In this document: positions 35,491-49,079 of the stretch, piece after piece
How the letters are laid out: each line of letters opens with the position of its first letter
Position numbering within the stretch: position 1 is the stretch's first letter
NCBI RefSeq assembly: GCF_009914755.1
Contig: NC_060928.1
Source of the DNA: the human T2T-CHM13v2.0 reference genome, Homo sapiens
Length of the DNA stretch: 64,000 bases
Reading direction: 5' to 3' (one strand)
Program-made: the position numbers and the translations under genes
The notes under the pieces: generated by a model
Told to the model about the DNA's origin: nothing
The model's database searches: none
The model's input: the letters and a program-made list of their open reading frames with translations, nothing else

Positions 35491-35979
35491 GCTAAATACT
35501 AGATTTTTAATATTCGATGACTTGACTCCATGTTCTCAATGCCATTTTCTAAATGCATACCATGGACCTCACAATCACTGTGATACAAGTCTCCTATATC
35601 AGTTTTACCTGTTTTTGGAGGATGAGCCTATCTTTTCTGATATCTGTAGAATTCTACACAGGTAATTTTTGCCTGTGTTGCCTTAATTATCTTTTGTTAT
35701 TGGACTATCTCAGAAATGGATCAGACTCTAAAAAATGTCAAAATTAAATCATTTAATTCGATGCTATTAAGAAAAATAAATGCAGAGAATGTGATTTTGA
35801 TTTTTTATCCCAGAGTGATAGTTTGATATGCCAATCATGTAACTTGGAAAATAATAATAATTTGACAATATTTTACCTTGGTGTTTTGTATTTCTTTTTC
35901 TTTTATTTTCTTCCCAAATTCCCTTTCTTTGGCAGCTAACTTTAGCATTTTATTGCTTTATTTTGAATATTTCTCACAG

Positions 35980-35980
<1 letters not shown>

Positions 35981-36015
<35 letters not shown>

Positions 36016-36032
36016 TATATATATATATATAT
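35981..36032. repeat. Compound microsatellite (TG)16 + (TA)n
   Basis: Direct reading. Confidence 0.95.
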
Positions 36033-36689
36033 GTTTGTGAATCTGACCTAAATTTGAATTGTAGTAAAAAACTGCCTCATTTTTACCATTTAATTTCTGT
36101 AACTCCCTAACTGACTAAATAATCTGGATAACTTTCAGATCCCTTAAAATTAGTTACTTTCTAGTTTGAAATTTTCATTTATAGTTTGATTAAATTTATA
36201 AATGTTATTTTGTTTGAAATCAAGTTTAACTTACTGCACTTCAGTCACTTAAATATTAATACTTATGTTCTAAGAGACTCTACTTTTGCTAACTTGAGCA
36301 AAAAAAAAATAAAGATATTTTTGAGAAAGGAAGGATATGAATTAGAGGCTTTCTTTTCCATAGCCCAAACAAATATTACCAGCTTATGGTTTTTATAACA
36401 AATGAAATGAACAGGAGTGCAAACTATATTAAGGAGGAATTCTATGAGACATGGATGGGTGAATAGCAGAAAATGCTGTTTTGTGGTCCAGATGGCTTAA
36501 TATCATGTCACTGTTAGAGAAATGGAGTTTTTAGTTTCCGTGGACAACAAATTGTGGTTGAGACATTTAATACTTAACTAATATTTAATTGTCATATTTA
36601 TAATTTGCAATTTTGGATAATTAGGAAATAGCACCATGGACAGTGCTTCAGACTTTATATAGGGAATATCACCATTGTTGAGGCAGCAT

Positions 36690-37150
36690 ATTTTTATACC
36701 TTGGAGTGTTGCGTAAGTATCACAAAATGGTACCTTGTGACTTAAACAAATGAACCCCTTTTTTCACAGTTTTGCACACAAGAAATCCAAGGTCAAAATG
36801 TCAACATGTTTCATTTCTTTTGAGGGCTGTGAAAGATAATATGTCGTATGTCTATCTTCTAGCTTCTGGTTTTCTGGAAATCTTTGGTGTTCCCTGGCTT
36901 ATTGATGTGTAAACCTAATCTCTGCCTCCAAGTTTACATAGTGTTCTCCCTGTATGTGTGTTTCTGTATCCAAATATCCACTTCTTCTGTAGTAGTCTTC
37001 TGTAGTATGTCAGTAGTGTTGTATTACATGCAGTATGATATAACTTCATCTTAACTAATTACATCTACATCACCTTCATTTCCAAATAAGTTCACGTTCT
37101 AAGGTTTTGTGGGTTAAGTCTTTAACATATGAATTTCAGAAGGATGTAAT
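36690..37150 (-). mobile_element. MLT1 (B/C-like) MaLR LTR
   Basis: cacagttttgcacacaagaaatccaaggtcaaaatgtc...tcttaactaattacatct...ttccaaataagttcacgttctaagg. Confidence 0.7.
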
Positions 37151-37151
37151 T

Positions 37152-37288
37152 TGTAATGGTTCATTTAGTGAGTCACCTTTACTGGGATATGGCATGACCA
37201 GATATTTGACTGTCCTTTATTTCTGGTCTATGTGAATGTTTCTGGATGAGATTAACTTTAGAATCAGTAGACTGAGTAAAGCAGATTG
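37152..37288 (+). mobile_element. MLT2 (ERVL) LTR 5' fragment
   Basis: tgtaatggttcattt...gtttctggatgagattaac...tcagtagactgagtaaagcagattg. Confidence 0.65.
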
Positions 37289-38866
37289 AGTAGATATTTT
37301 CCTTTCTTACTAAAAACATAGTTATATAAAGACTTCATGTCTGGAACTTCCACAATAGTCTTAAAATCATAAAAGGAAACAGTATAGCCACACTGAAAAC
37401 GCAAATATAAAAATTACACATATTTTTGAGGATGCTGTTAAATCACTTGAAAAAATTCCTAGAATCACGTTTTAATGTTCCTGTATGTCATAAGATAAAG
37501 GTCCTTAGTATTTTAGCTGAATTTAATTTGTAAAATATATCTGTACATAGAACAGTGCTAGGTTTAATCTTGCTTTATTTGTTTATAATGCATAGCATAA
37601 TTTCTTTGGAGATTAATGTAGAGGATAGAAACATATATGATTAATGAATATTATTTACACACTTCGGTCATTTAACAATAGCTATACATTAAACTTTTCC
37701 TTACAGTTACTTTTCCTCTTAAAATTAATATCATTACACAGACCTTGTCTCTACAAAATAAACAAATAGGGTTAAGAAATATTAAGTATTTTGAAGAGAG
37801 GAAAATAAAATTATGTTGTGAGTTTTTCTTAGGATGCAGTTTATTCTTCACACAAACACAAAGTAGACTTGTAATTTAATAATATCAATGCTATTAATTC
37901 TGGAAGTAAGTGTTGAATATAAAATAAATTATGTAGCAAAAAATTCCAAATAAATAAACTTGGAATAAATAACAGTTTCAGGTTAAATTAGTAGCTTGGT
38001 AAACACTTCCAAATTAGAAACAATCAAAACTATAGTCCTTGCAAGAAGACATCAGAACAGTGTTTATTGATTTTGGAAAAAAGATATAAAAGAAATAAGA
38101 CAAAACTACATTATCTTTTAAATACCTATAGTGAAATCTATAAAGATAGAGACACACAATAAAATCTATAAATATCTAAGGTAAACGAGAATTTACCTTT
38201 TTTTTAGTTATATTTTGTATACCCAGGAAATTATTTAGTCATATCTGTGTATGAGAAATGGAAAATTTCTATTTCATATCAAAATGTCAAGTTGTTATGC
38301 TTTAAAAAATCCCTGCCTAATGCACTACTAACCACATTATTCTTCACCTATTAAAATATATGTATATATGTCATAAAATTTATGCTATTGCTTAACACAA
38401 TAGTCTTACAAAATTTTTAAATTTTACTACATACTGCTACAGTAAATTTGAACCATTTAAATAAACAAAATAAAAATATCACTTTTATTATCTTTTTAGT
38501 TAATATTTTTGAGTACCAACACATACTTTATGACTGTCTGATATTTCTAGAGGTACATAACATGCAGTCTAATAAAGCTCAAAATCCTTCATAGATTATT
38601 TTATTCATGTTAACTGAGGAATCTTCTTACAATCATTCAGTTTCTTAAATATCCAAAATTGTAAATATCTTATTACAACTGCAGCAAAACTAAAGCTCAT
38701 AAAGAAGAGCTACATGTACTCATTCTTTCAACATAATTTTTCTAAATTTTGTCATTAATTGGTAGTCATTAATTTAAAAGTAAAGCTAGAATAAAAGACT
38801 TATTTTGTAGCCAAGTACACACATGAAAATTCTTTCTTGAAGGAAGTGTTTACTTATGTTTTAAAA

Positions 38867-39400
38867 TGTAGCCTTTATTACTAATCAGGTAAAATATGAG
38901 GTCAACAGATTGGGGGTTGATTGCCGTTGAAAAAATAGTTTGTTACTCACAGTTTCCAGAAATTGAAGACTCACACTACTACATCATGCCCAGCCATGTA
39001 AGGAAGCACCAAGGTGAATCAGGAAGCATAAGGAACAAGAGGAAAACATAGGCAAGGACTTTTATTACGGTTTCAATGGGAAGAAAGACGAGACACGGCA
39101 AGCAGCTTTAGGATGGGCTAGTTTGAATAATTTCAGTGGGCTCTAATGTATATGGGTTTTCCCTAGTGGTCTGGTACTGGATGCTGGCATGATTAGTACA
39201 GAGGAATAGCTAGAGGTATGATGTGTAAAACCTCTATAAAGGAGGCAGTTGGGGAAGTATGGGTTCTGCTGGGTTATTTTGCATATGAAAGGTATACTCA
39301 AAGCAGAGTCATTATTTGCTGTGTCTCAGAATTAGCCATTCCTGGAAGGGGCAGTCCTTTCTGCAAGACCCAGACGTCAAAACATTAGAAACACATAGTT
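38867..39400. mobile_element. ERVL-class LTR (MER54/MER74-like)
   Basis: tgtag...gaggtcaacagat...atagtttgttactcacagtt...ggctagtttgaataatttcagtgggctct; GC-richer block in AT context; orientation not resolved. Confidence 0.55.
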
Positions 39401-39619
39401 AAGAGTGTGTGTATTTGTTTGTTTGTTTATTGCTTTCACTACACAGCCATATACAATGTCTCTGTTTTTGACAATTGGAATAATAAGATATAATAATTTT
39501 TAATTATGAATTCTAATTGAATTACATTTGAGTTGCTTAGATTATAGTGAAAAGTTACTTATAATTAAATAATCTTTGTGTGCCGTTAAACTTATGTAAT
39601 TTTAAAGCTTCTAATGAAT

Positions 39620-39948
39620 TTATTTTTTATTTATTTTTTATTTTTATTTATTTATTTTTTTTGAGACAGGGTCTCATTCTCTCACCCAGGCTGAAGTGTA
39701 GTGGCACGAACATGGCTCACTACAACCTCCACCCTTCTGGCTCAATGGAACCTCCTGAGGATCCCTGCTGCCCCAGCTTCTCAAATAATGGGAACTACAG
39801 GCATGTGCCATCAAGCCCAGCTAACTTTTACAATTTTCTGTAAAGAGGTGGTCTCACCATGTTGCTCAGGCTGGTCTTGAGCTCTTGGGCTCACATGTTC
39901 CTCCTACCTTGGACTTCCAAAGTGTTAGGATTAGAGGAGTGATCCAGT
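39620..39948 (-). mobile_element. AluJ (diverged)
   Basis: gagacagggtctcattctctcacccaggctg...tcttgggctcac; (TTTA)n tail. Confidence 0.88.
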
Positions 39949-40139
39949 TGTAGTATTGAGAAGGTCAAAATTAGTGGTCAATATAGTAGGTTTTTTGGTT
40001 CCCAATACCATAATACAGACATTGGTGGCAAAGAGAATTGCATTTTTGTTTATTCACTTTTCATATAGGACTGATAAGCACCAAGAATTTGATATGTATA
40101 TCCGAACAATTACAAAAGAAATGTAGGTATAAATCGTGT

Positions 40140-41070
40140 TTCAAAATTCACATTTATTGAAATATTATTTATATTAGGTGTACAGTTTGATGATTTATGA
40201 TACATGTAAATGATTGTATAATCACCACTACAAATAAAATATTGAAAATTTGTATTACCCATCCCAAAGTGTCTCATTCTGCTTTCTATGTGTCTTCTAT
40301 TTCTAATTTAAATTCTTTACAAACACTAATATAATTTCTATCCCACTAATTTTTTTCCATAATGTCATATAAATTAAATTATGCAGTTAGCAACTATGTG
40401 AATTGTGTCTTTTTCTTCAGTTAGCATAATGCTTTTGAAAGCCAATCATGCTGTTGAATGCATGAGTATTTCATTTTTTTGCATTGCATAATATTTAGTG
40501 ATATGGATATACTGAAATTTCATTACCTGTTTACTCCTTGCTGGGCATTGCAGTTACTTCCAAGTTTTAGTAATTATGGATCAAGCCGTAATACACATCC
40601 AAATACAGAATTGGTGTGGACATATGGTTACCTAAATTCCTAAGTGTTAAACTTCTGGTTTTTGCTAATGTTTAAGCCAAGCCATTTAAATAATAGGTAG
40701 TGGTATTTCATTATGATGTTCTTTTATATGTCTCATGTCTCAAAAACCATATGGTACTTAGCAGCTTTCACATACTTATTTTTCATGCAATTTTGTTGGC
40801 ATTGTGTCTGTTCAAGTCCTTACCTCACTTTTATTGTTTGTGTTATTATTGAATAGTGAGGATCTTTTATATATTCTAAATACAACTCCATTATCAAATA
40901 TGAATTTAAAATAATTATTTTTTTCTAAGTCTGTGGCTTGCCTTTTCATTTTCTTACCAGTACCTTTTGATAACAAAGTTTTGATGAAGTTCACTTCTTA
41001 TCTTACATTTTTAACTTTATGATTCATGCATTTTCTGTCCCAACAATAAATCATTTCTGACCTAGGAAAT
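40140..41070 (-). mobile_element. Decayed L1M 3' fragments
   Basis: gtgtacagtttgatgattt, tatattctaaatacaactccattatcaaatatg, ttctaagtctgtggcttgccttttcattttctta. Confidence 0.65.
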
Positions 41071-42547
41071 AATGTATACTTTCCACTTTATCGATAGGTA
41101 AGTTTTTATTTCGACAGTTAAGTTTAATTTCTATAACTTCAAAATTAATTATAAAAAATTTGGTATCTTCTAATATGGTATTTCAATATATGTATTTATT
41201 TTACATTACATATCTACTAATTCCCAAATTTGACATATTTTGTACTTCTAAATAGATCATTTCTCATTTCTGCATTTGTTTTTCATTTATGATGTCTAGT
41301 CTTCTAATGCCTTCTCATTGTTCCTGCTTTATTTTGTGGCTTCTGTCACAGTTTTGCAGAACTAATATGGGAAGCCATGACCACAACCAGATTTTCTGTT
41401 ACTTAAAAGGGATACAATCCCATCTCACATCCACATTATATTCCCTTTACAATTTATGTTCAGAACGTAGATCTAGATCCAGCTTCTCTCTCTGGCTTCT
41501 ATTTGAAGGTTGAGTATTGACAAATATATGTAACTCTAGGAATATGATAGTTGATTAATCCTCTCTCCTAGTTACCTGCAGATTCACACAATGAAACTCC
41601 TGCTCCACCTCTCAAAAGCTTAAGTCCAGCCCATTGCCCCTAGCCTGACCTCCAGCTATTTCCATAGCTTCCTGGGCTTCACCCTGCCTCCTATCCAATG
41701 AAGACCAACTGAAAATCAGCTTAGATTCAGGGTGATAATATTCTGATGAAGGTACCAAGTTATCGTAAAGTATAGTTATGTGACATAAAATTAGTTTTCA
41801 TAGCCACTTTAAATTGATAGGACCCAGTTTGCCTCTCTGTAAAATTGGAATATGTCTCTGGATCTCTCCAAAATAATTTCCAGACACTTAGGTATTTTAA
41901 ATGCAGATCTGGGTCACATTTTTTTCTTTAATTTTTGGTTTGCAAATGTTTAGCACCTGATAATTGAATGATTTTACTTTTTACACATACATAACAAAAA
42001 CATATTTCCTTGTGTTATTTCCTTACTGATTTGCCAAAAAGAAGTATTATAAATCTATCTATCTATCTATCTGTCTATCTAAAATATATCATATATCATA
42101 CTTGTCTTTGAAAGATAACCACTAATATGTTTTTCTCAAATATTTAAGTTTGCTAATACTTCCATGGGGGATTCAACAGAAATTGAGACTCAAACATTAA
42201 AATATTCAGGGAAATCAAGCTGGGTGAATATACTAGTCCAGAGTGACTCCAGCTCAAAATTTTGAGGGTGGTGAACAAGAGCAATTTACTTCTCAATTTT
42301 TCTTATTCTTTGTGAAAACAATTATTTTAGCTTTTTTTCTTTTTCTTTTCCTAATCTATAAGTTTCCTCCAAAATGGACTGCAGTATTATTTAACTTGGA
42401 AAACATACTCTATTAAACAAATATTGTTGACATCATTTAGGAAAATTAGAAAATCAAAACCATTTTAATTAAACAAAAATTATGAATTAAATACATAAAA
42501 ACCTAAATTCAATAGCCAAAGAAAACTTAAAAATTGTGATACTGAAA

Positions 42548-43098
42548 TTTAAGAGGCATGTAAACCAGAGCAACTCCACTTAAATAGGGGCTGGATAAAA
42601 TAAGGGTAAGACCTGCTGGGCTGTCTTCCTAGAAGTTTAAGGCATTCTAAGTCACAGAACAAGATAGGAGGTCAGCACAAAATACACATTATAAACATCT
42701 TAATGATAAAATGGGTTGCAGGAAAGAAGCCGACCAAAACCCACCAAAACCAAGATGGCCACAAGAGTGACTTCTGGTCGTCCTCACCGCCACACTCCCA
42801 CCAGCACCATGACAATTTACAAATGCCATGGCAATGTCAGGAAGCTGCCCTATATGGTCAAAAAAGGGGAGGCATGAATGATACACCTCTTTTTAAGCAA
42901 ATAATCTATAAATAACCATAAAAATGGGCAACCAGCAGCCCCGAGGGCTACACCATAGAAAGAGACATTTTTTTCATTCCTCTTCTTTCTTAATAAACTT
43001 GCTTTCAGTTTACTTTGTGGACTCGCCCTGAATTCTTTCTTGTGCAAGATCTAAGAACCCTCTCTTGGGATCTGGATCAGGACTCCTTTTCTGTAACA
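42548..43098 (+). mobile_element. MER41 (MER41A-like) ERV1 solo LTR
   Basis: agaggcatgtaaaccagagcaactcc...aaaacccaccaaaaccaagatggc...aataaacttgctttc...aagaaccctctcttgggatctggatcag...gtaaca. Confidence 0.88.
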
Positions 43099-43899
43099 CA
43101 ACTAAGTACTGTAACTTTTGGAAATTCTAGTTGAGAACAAGCTCTGCAGGGAAATACCCAGGTGTCTTTGGACAAGTGAAGCAACCTATCACTTTTTCAC
43201 TTTTAAAAAATCTACATTCAGGAAATTGGCTCAGATGATATTTAATATGACCTGCAGAGGTCCAGCTTTCCTTAATTCTAAGTAACTCATTTTTAAACAT
43301 ATGTTAGGCTAAGTCTTTAGATCAATTAATAAGTGCTATATCAAGGTTTGTAAATTTAAAAAAACATACAGCATAATGACAAAAATAGTTATTTCAGGTT
43401 TTGTTGCCCCTCGAAATAGTTAAGCACATTACATACTTTCATACAAACTTTCTCTCATTAAACTACAGAAACCATACGTAACTTCAAGTTGAATTATCAG
43501 TATATGAAGAATAAATTTAAGTATATGACTTTAAAATGAATTTTTGATACATCTTCATTCATTCAGGCCCCTTCAAGGTTATTTAGAGGTATAAAAGCAC
43601 ATACATACCTCTCTTAGAATGATAACTAGAGGACATTCATTCGTGAAAATGAGGAAATGAGGTTGCAACAAATTTCATAAAACAGTAAGTAGATGAAGAA
43701 CAGTGATTCTAGAAAAGGCAAGGGAAGCAAAGAAAGAAAAAGCTCCAAGAGAGTGTCAGGGGAGGCTGCTGCCGTTCTGAACCTGAATATTGTGCGCTAG
43801 AAAGTTAGAAAGCCAATCTAGCACTAGAAAGCTAAAATGCCAGGCAAAAAATGTGTTATAGCATAATACTCATATTGATCTAAGAAAGTGACTAAGTCT

Positions 43900-43965
43900 C
43901 TTTCTCTCTCAAACACAGATACACACACACACACACACACACATACACACACAAACATACACACA
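43900..43965. repeat. Imperfect (CT)n/(CA)n microsatellite
   Basis: Direct reading. Confidence 0.85.
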
Positions 43966-44372
43966 TGCCTTCCTCTGCCCGCCCACAAACAAATCATTCA
44001 GAAAAAAAGAAGTGAACATTAAAATTCTAATCCCCAAATCCCAAACTTGGATGAATTAATCTACAATGGTTTTTAGAAGCCATTAAATACATAAAATAAG
44101 AGACTATTCCAGAAATGTATTTAAAGTTGAAGAAATTGATCTTAGATAAAGAACATACTTCTATTTATATTGTTATTTATGTCCAAAACTTGAGCTGAAA
44201 AATAAAGTCAAGGAAGCAGTTCAAAAAAAAACCAAAGTAAATGAACACAAGGTAAAGCGTAGATAAAGCATGGAGGATTCACTGGAGACTTAACATTTGC
44301 CTCCTAGAAGCCCCAGGACAAGAAGACAAAGAATGACTTTACAAGGATTGGAAGGACTCACCAAGTGCTAAA

Positions 44373-44375
<3 letters not shown>

Positions 44376-44407
<32 letters not shown>

Positions 44408-44415
44408 AGAGAGAG
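44376..44415. repeat. Poly(A) ~28 nt followed by (GA)n
   Basis: Direct reading; no Alu or L1 3' end immediately upstream. Confidence 0.9.
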
Positions 44416-44992
44416 AAAGACACACATATATGAAAACATCTGCAGGGCTTTTATGACACCAAAGCAAGAGAAAATGAGAAGTATAAAAATCAGCTAAAAT
44501 CTTCCAAAATGTAACATGTAGATACTAAGAAAGAAATAAGTTTGGAACCTACTACCTTTTCAACAACATAAGATATCAGAAAGAAAAATGTTACAATATT
44601 CTAAGAAAAATATGTTATTTATTGTGCATATTTCCAGAGAATGATTAATAAACTATATGAAGGCAGAATTATGACATTTTCATATATACAAGTGTTCAAA
44701 AATAAAACTTTCCCTATGCTGTTTCTTAGGATGGCATTTAAGAATTAACTCCACTATACTGAAATCATACCAGAAAAAAACACATGGTGACCTATGAATG
44801 GTGGCTCCATTCAAAAGAGTTGCACAAAGAAGTACCGGGGTACCGTGCCTCCAAATTTTAGATTATAAAAGGAAAAATAAGTAGTCAGAAAAGAAATGGA
44901 GAGAGAGGGACAATAAGAAATAAAAGTAGATTGTTTTTATTAATAATAACAATATTGTTAAAGAAAACACATTTTTTTAAAGAAATCTCAGA

Positions 44993-45190
44993 TGTCTTAG
45001 TCAGCTCAGACTGTCTCACCAAAATACCACAGACTGGGTGGACTAAATAACAGAAATTTGTTTCACACAGTTTTGGAGCCGGCAAATCCAAAATCTTGGT
45101 GGCAACATGGTCAGGTTCCAGTGAGGGTTCTCTTCTCAGCTTGCAGTCAGCCACCTCCTCACTGCATCCTCACATAGCAGAAAGAGAGAA
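44993..45190 (-). mobile_element. MLT1A LTR, 3' half
   Basis: tgtcttagtcagctcagactg...ataccacagactgggtgg...cctcacatagcag; stops mid-element. Confidence 0.85.
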
Positions 45191-45191
45191 G

Positions 45192-45815
45192 ATGCCTACA
45201 CTGAAAATGTAGAACAACTTCAAATAAACAACCCAACAATGCCTCTCCAAGGTCTAAAAAAATAAATCCCACTAAAGTCAAAATTAGTAGAAGAAATAAT
45301 AAAAATCAGAGCTGAAATAAATGAAATTGAGACTAAACATATATATAAATGATCAACAAAATGGCAAGTTGATTTTTTTAATAAATAAACAAAATTGACA
45401 AACTTTGGCCAGACTAACTGAAACAATTTGAGAAGACCAAAATAAATAAAATCAGACATGCAAAAGCAGACATTATCACTGATACCACAAAAATTCAAAG
45501 GATCATTAGAGACTATTATGAAAAACTACATGCCAATAAATTGGAAAACCTAGAAGGAATGGTAAATTCTAAGACATACAAATCAAGATTGAACCATGAA
45601 AAAGTCCAAAACTTGGATAGACCAGTAACATGTAGTTAGATAGAAGCAGTAATAAAATATCTCCCATCAAAGAAAAGCCCAGCATGGGATTATCTCCCTA
45701 TTGAATTCTATGAAGCATTTAAAGAAGAGCTATCCCCAATCTTACTTATATTATTTTTAAAAATTAATGAGGACGTAATATTTTCAAATTCACACTACAA
45801 GGCCAATATCATCTG
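45192..45815 (+). mobile_element. L1M ORF2 fragment
   Basis: atgcctacac...caaataaacaacccaacaatgc...gatcattagagactattatgaaaaactacatgccaataaattggaaaacctagaag. Confidence 0.85.
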
Positions 45816-45872
45816 ATTGATTGTTAATCTTTTTGCAGAATGGGGTAGCTCAATGGATTAAAAAATAGAGTG

Positions 45873-46191
45873 GGCTGATCTCAGTGGCTCATGCTTGTAA
45901 TCCCAGGACTTTTGGTGGCTTAGGTGGGCAGACCACTGGAGGTCAGGAGTTTGAGACCAGCCTGGCCAACATGGTGAAACCGCATCTGTACTAAAAATAC
46001 AAAAATTATCTGGGCGTGGTTGCATGCACCTGTAATCCTAGGTACTGGGGAGGTTGAGGCAGGAGAATTGCTTGAACCCCGAGAGGCAGAGGTTGCATTG
46101 AGCCGAGTTCACGCCACTGCACTCCAGCACTCCAGCCTGGGCCACAGAGTGAGACTCCATCTCAAAAAAAAAAAAAAAAAAAAAAAAAAAA
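45873..46191 (+). mobile_element. AluS with long A tail and small cactccag duplication
   Basis: gaggtcaggagtttgagaccagcctggccaacatggtgaaacc. Confidence 0.92.
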
Positions 46192-46365
46192 CAGTGAAAA
46201 ATGTGTGTGTATACACACACACACATTCCCACACACGTACGTTCTCACACATGTCCATGCACACATACAGACACAACATCCACATGTATAGAATATAACA
46301 GGTAAAACTATGTTTATATACTCTATATTCCAATGCCAAATAACTTAGATTAATATTACAAGATG

Positions 46366-46675
46366 GGCCGGGCAAGGTAGCTCAAGCCTGTAATCTCAGC
46401 ATTTTGAGAGGCTGAGGTGGGCGAATGTCCTGAGGTCAGGAGTTCAAGACCAGCCTGGCCAACATCGCAAAACCCCGGGTCTCATAAAATTAGAGAAATT
46501 AGCCAGGCATGGTGGCACATGCCTGTAGTCCCAGCCACTCAGGGAACTGAGGCACAATAATTGCTTGAACCGGGAGGCAGGGGTTGCAGTGAGCTGAGAT
46601 CATGCCACTGCACTCTGACCTGAACAATACAGCAAGACTCCGTCTTAAACAAGAACAACAAACAACAACAAAAAC
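46366..46675 (+). mobile_element. AluS
   Basis: ggccgggcaaggtagctca...cctgaggtcaggagttcaagaccagcctggccaac; (AAC)n-like tail. Confidence 0.9.
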
Positions 46676-48699
46676 TACAGAATGACTTCAGCAACTTTAA
46701 TCAATCTTTCAATCCTCACAGATTAATATATTATAGAGAGATAAAAAATAAGGCATGTTTTGTTCATCTCCTTCTTGGTTTTTATTATAGATTGACCTGC
46801 TGGAGTAAGTGAGTTGTCAAACTTGTATATTGCAAAGTTTTTGCAAAACTTATATATTGCAATATATTCACTTATGACTCTTTGTAGACATCACTTGATC
46901 ACTTGATGAATACATATTCTTAGTTGTTATGCATTTTTATTACATATTTGACTGTATCTATTTTGATTTCCTTTAAGTTAGTGATGCTTCTGGTCTTGTT
47001 TAAATGAAAAACACAATCCTCCTCTTAAAGTTATAATTATGACATTCTACATTACTTGAAGGGACAATGTGAGAAAGAGGAGAGAAGGTAATTGAAAGAC
47101 AAGCAAAGGGACCAATTTTTTTTTAAGGCTCTGCATTTCATAAATATGAAAAAATTTAAATACTCAAATAACAATAATTTATGTAGATATATTTGTATCA
47201 AACTAGTTAAAATTAAGGCCAGATTTTGTTACTAAATTTACTCCTCATCTCTTCATATTATTCCACTGGAATAACAGTAATTAAAACTAATTTGTAGCAG
47301 TTTAAAAACTCATTGAGTGTAATTTTTAGGAGGGCTGTGTCTGAAATTAGACAGATTAGTATTCTAATTTTGTCCCATTTAGTCTCCTAATCTGAAAACT
47401 CAAAAAATAAAAAGGAGTATTTCATGCATAAAGTTACAAAAATGATTCAATACTAAGTTCATTATAATAAATATATACTTTTTTCTTTGCAGAATATTTT
47501 AGTGTTGGAAGTACCTCTCCTCTACTCTTTAATTTCGTTGTGCCTTCCACTTAGGTAACACTATCTCTTTCACCAGTTAGGAATATTTAACTCAATTTGA
47601 GTACTCAAATTATCCTGGGAAAAGTTTTTTCAGTATCTCTTCTTTTGGCTTCAATGTTTCAATTTCACAAACAAATAAAAGTCCTATATTATTTTACTTG
47701 GTTTAGATTCAGTTTTCTGTCTCTCTCAAACAGGCAACCCTTAACAAATATATGCCTATAAAGCACTTAGAAAGTGCTGATACACACTAAGTATTTAGTT
47801 AATATCAGACACAATTAATATAAAAAAGCGAATTGCAGCTAAGTAATAACAAGGAGATTGGAAATCATTCTGAAGATATATTAGCTTTGCTATAAGATAT
47901 AACATCACTGAAATGCATTCATTCTTTATTAATTAACATAGTCATTTAACAAATATCACTTGAGCCACTACAAAAGTTAGGAACTCCAATAAATATTAGG
48001 ATTAAAAATATTCAGTATTCTTAAAATATATTGAGCTTAGAGAATTAACAGCTCTTCCTCTCATTGTCTGTTTATATATTTCTATATTCCTACTCATTCC
48101 TTTACAAATAGAAATAATCTCAACATAAAATCAAACATTCTAAATAACATCTGCAAGAGCTTATAGAAAAATCATAGAAGTAAGCCATTCATTTTCCAAT
48201 TTCAATAAATCAATAGTTTAATGTAAATCAAAAAGTCTGTTGTTATATAATGTACACACACAAACTCACACACATACAAATAATGCAGGAATACAAAAAA
48301 ATCAATAAGGAAACACTACATTTTTGATATGGAAATCAGTACTTTTTAAGATATCTATATGTTCATAAAATTTTATATTTTCAACATCATATAGCTGTGT
48401 CTATTTAGGCACATATTTAAATAAGAATAAATTTACTGGAAGGGAAGTGCAGCTGATATCTTCTCACATATGTGTATTAACTACCACTAAATGCTTCTAT
48501 GATCTGAATTTTCACTAGTATGCAAAGTTGTTTTGATTATATATGGTCACAATTGATGACACTCTATATTAAGCAAACACAAAACCACCACGATATTTCA
48601 CAATAAATTTTTTATGTTTATTTTTTTGCCTAGGACCTTATGCATTTGCAGTATGGTTCTTCTTATCCAGGTCAAGATTAAATGATCTCTATTTGGCTT

Positions 48700-49079
48700 A
48701 CTTAAGTAGTTTAGTGAGAAAGAGGATTGGCTGGCCTAGGAAGGTATTGGCTGGGATGGCTCAGCAGTACTACATGTAATCTCTCATTCAATGCCAGATT
48801 AGTCTGGGTGTATTTTTATTACCGGGCCAGATTACTAAATGTGAAAGAACTGAAGCACACCAGGCTTGTGGATCTTTTCAAGTTCTGAAAGAGCACAGTG
48901 TTAATTCAACTGTGTTAACACAACATTCAACTGACAATGTAAGTCACAAGTCAAACTGAGATTTAAGAAGTGGGGAAACAAACTCTATCTATTGGGATGG
49001 AAGGAGCCACATCGTCACGAAGCAATGTGCACATACTCAGGGAAGTGTAGAATGTGGGGGTATTTTTGCAATTCTACCA
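48700..49079 (-). mobile_element. Old MLT1 (J/K-like) LTR fragment
   Basis: aagtcacaagtcaaactgagatttaagaagtggggaaacaaactctatct...gtatttttgcaattctacca. Confidence 0.6.

Noticed and set aside
35504-35667. Possible exon: ~50 open codons ending at cag|gtaatt
   Set aside because: The acceptor lacks a polypyrimidine tract, the peptide is unrecognisable and there are no partner exons; it would need RNA-seq support.
44376-44403. Orphan poly(A) as the tail of a processed pseudogene
   Set aside because: No upstream poly(A) signal, ORF or TSD; better explained as slippage in A-rich decayed repeat sequence.
47762-47778. Hairpin agcactt-aga-aagtgct as a small RNA or terminator
   Set aside because: Matches the ordinary MIR 3' core sequence (aaagcacttagaacagtgc) and is too short.
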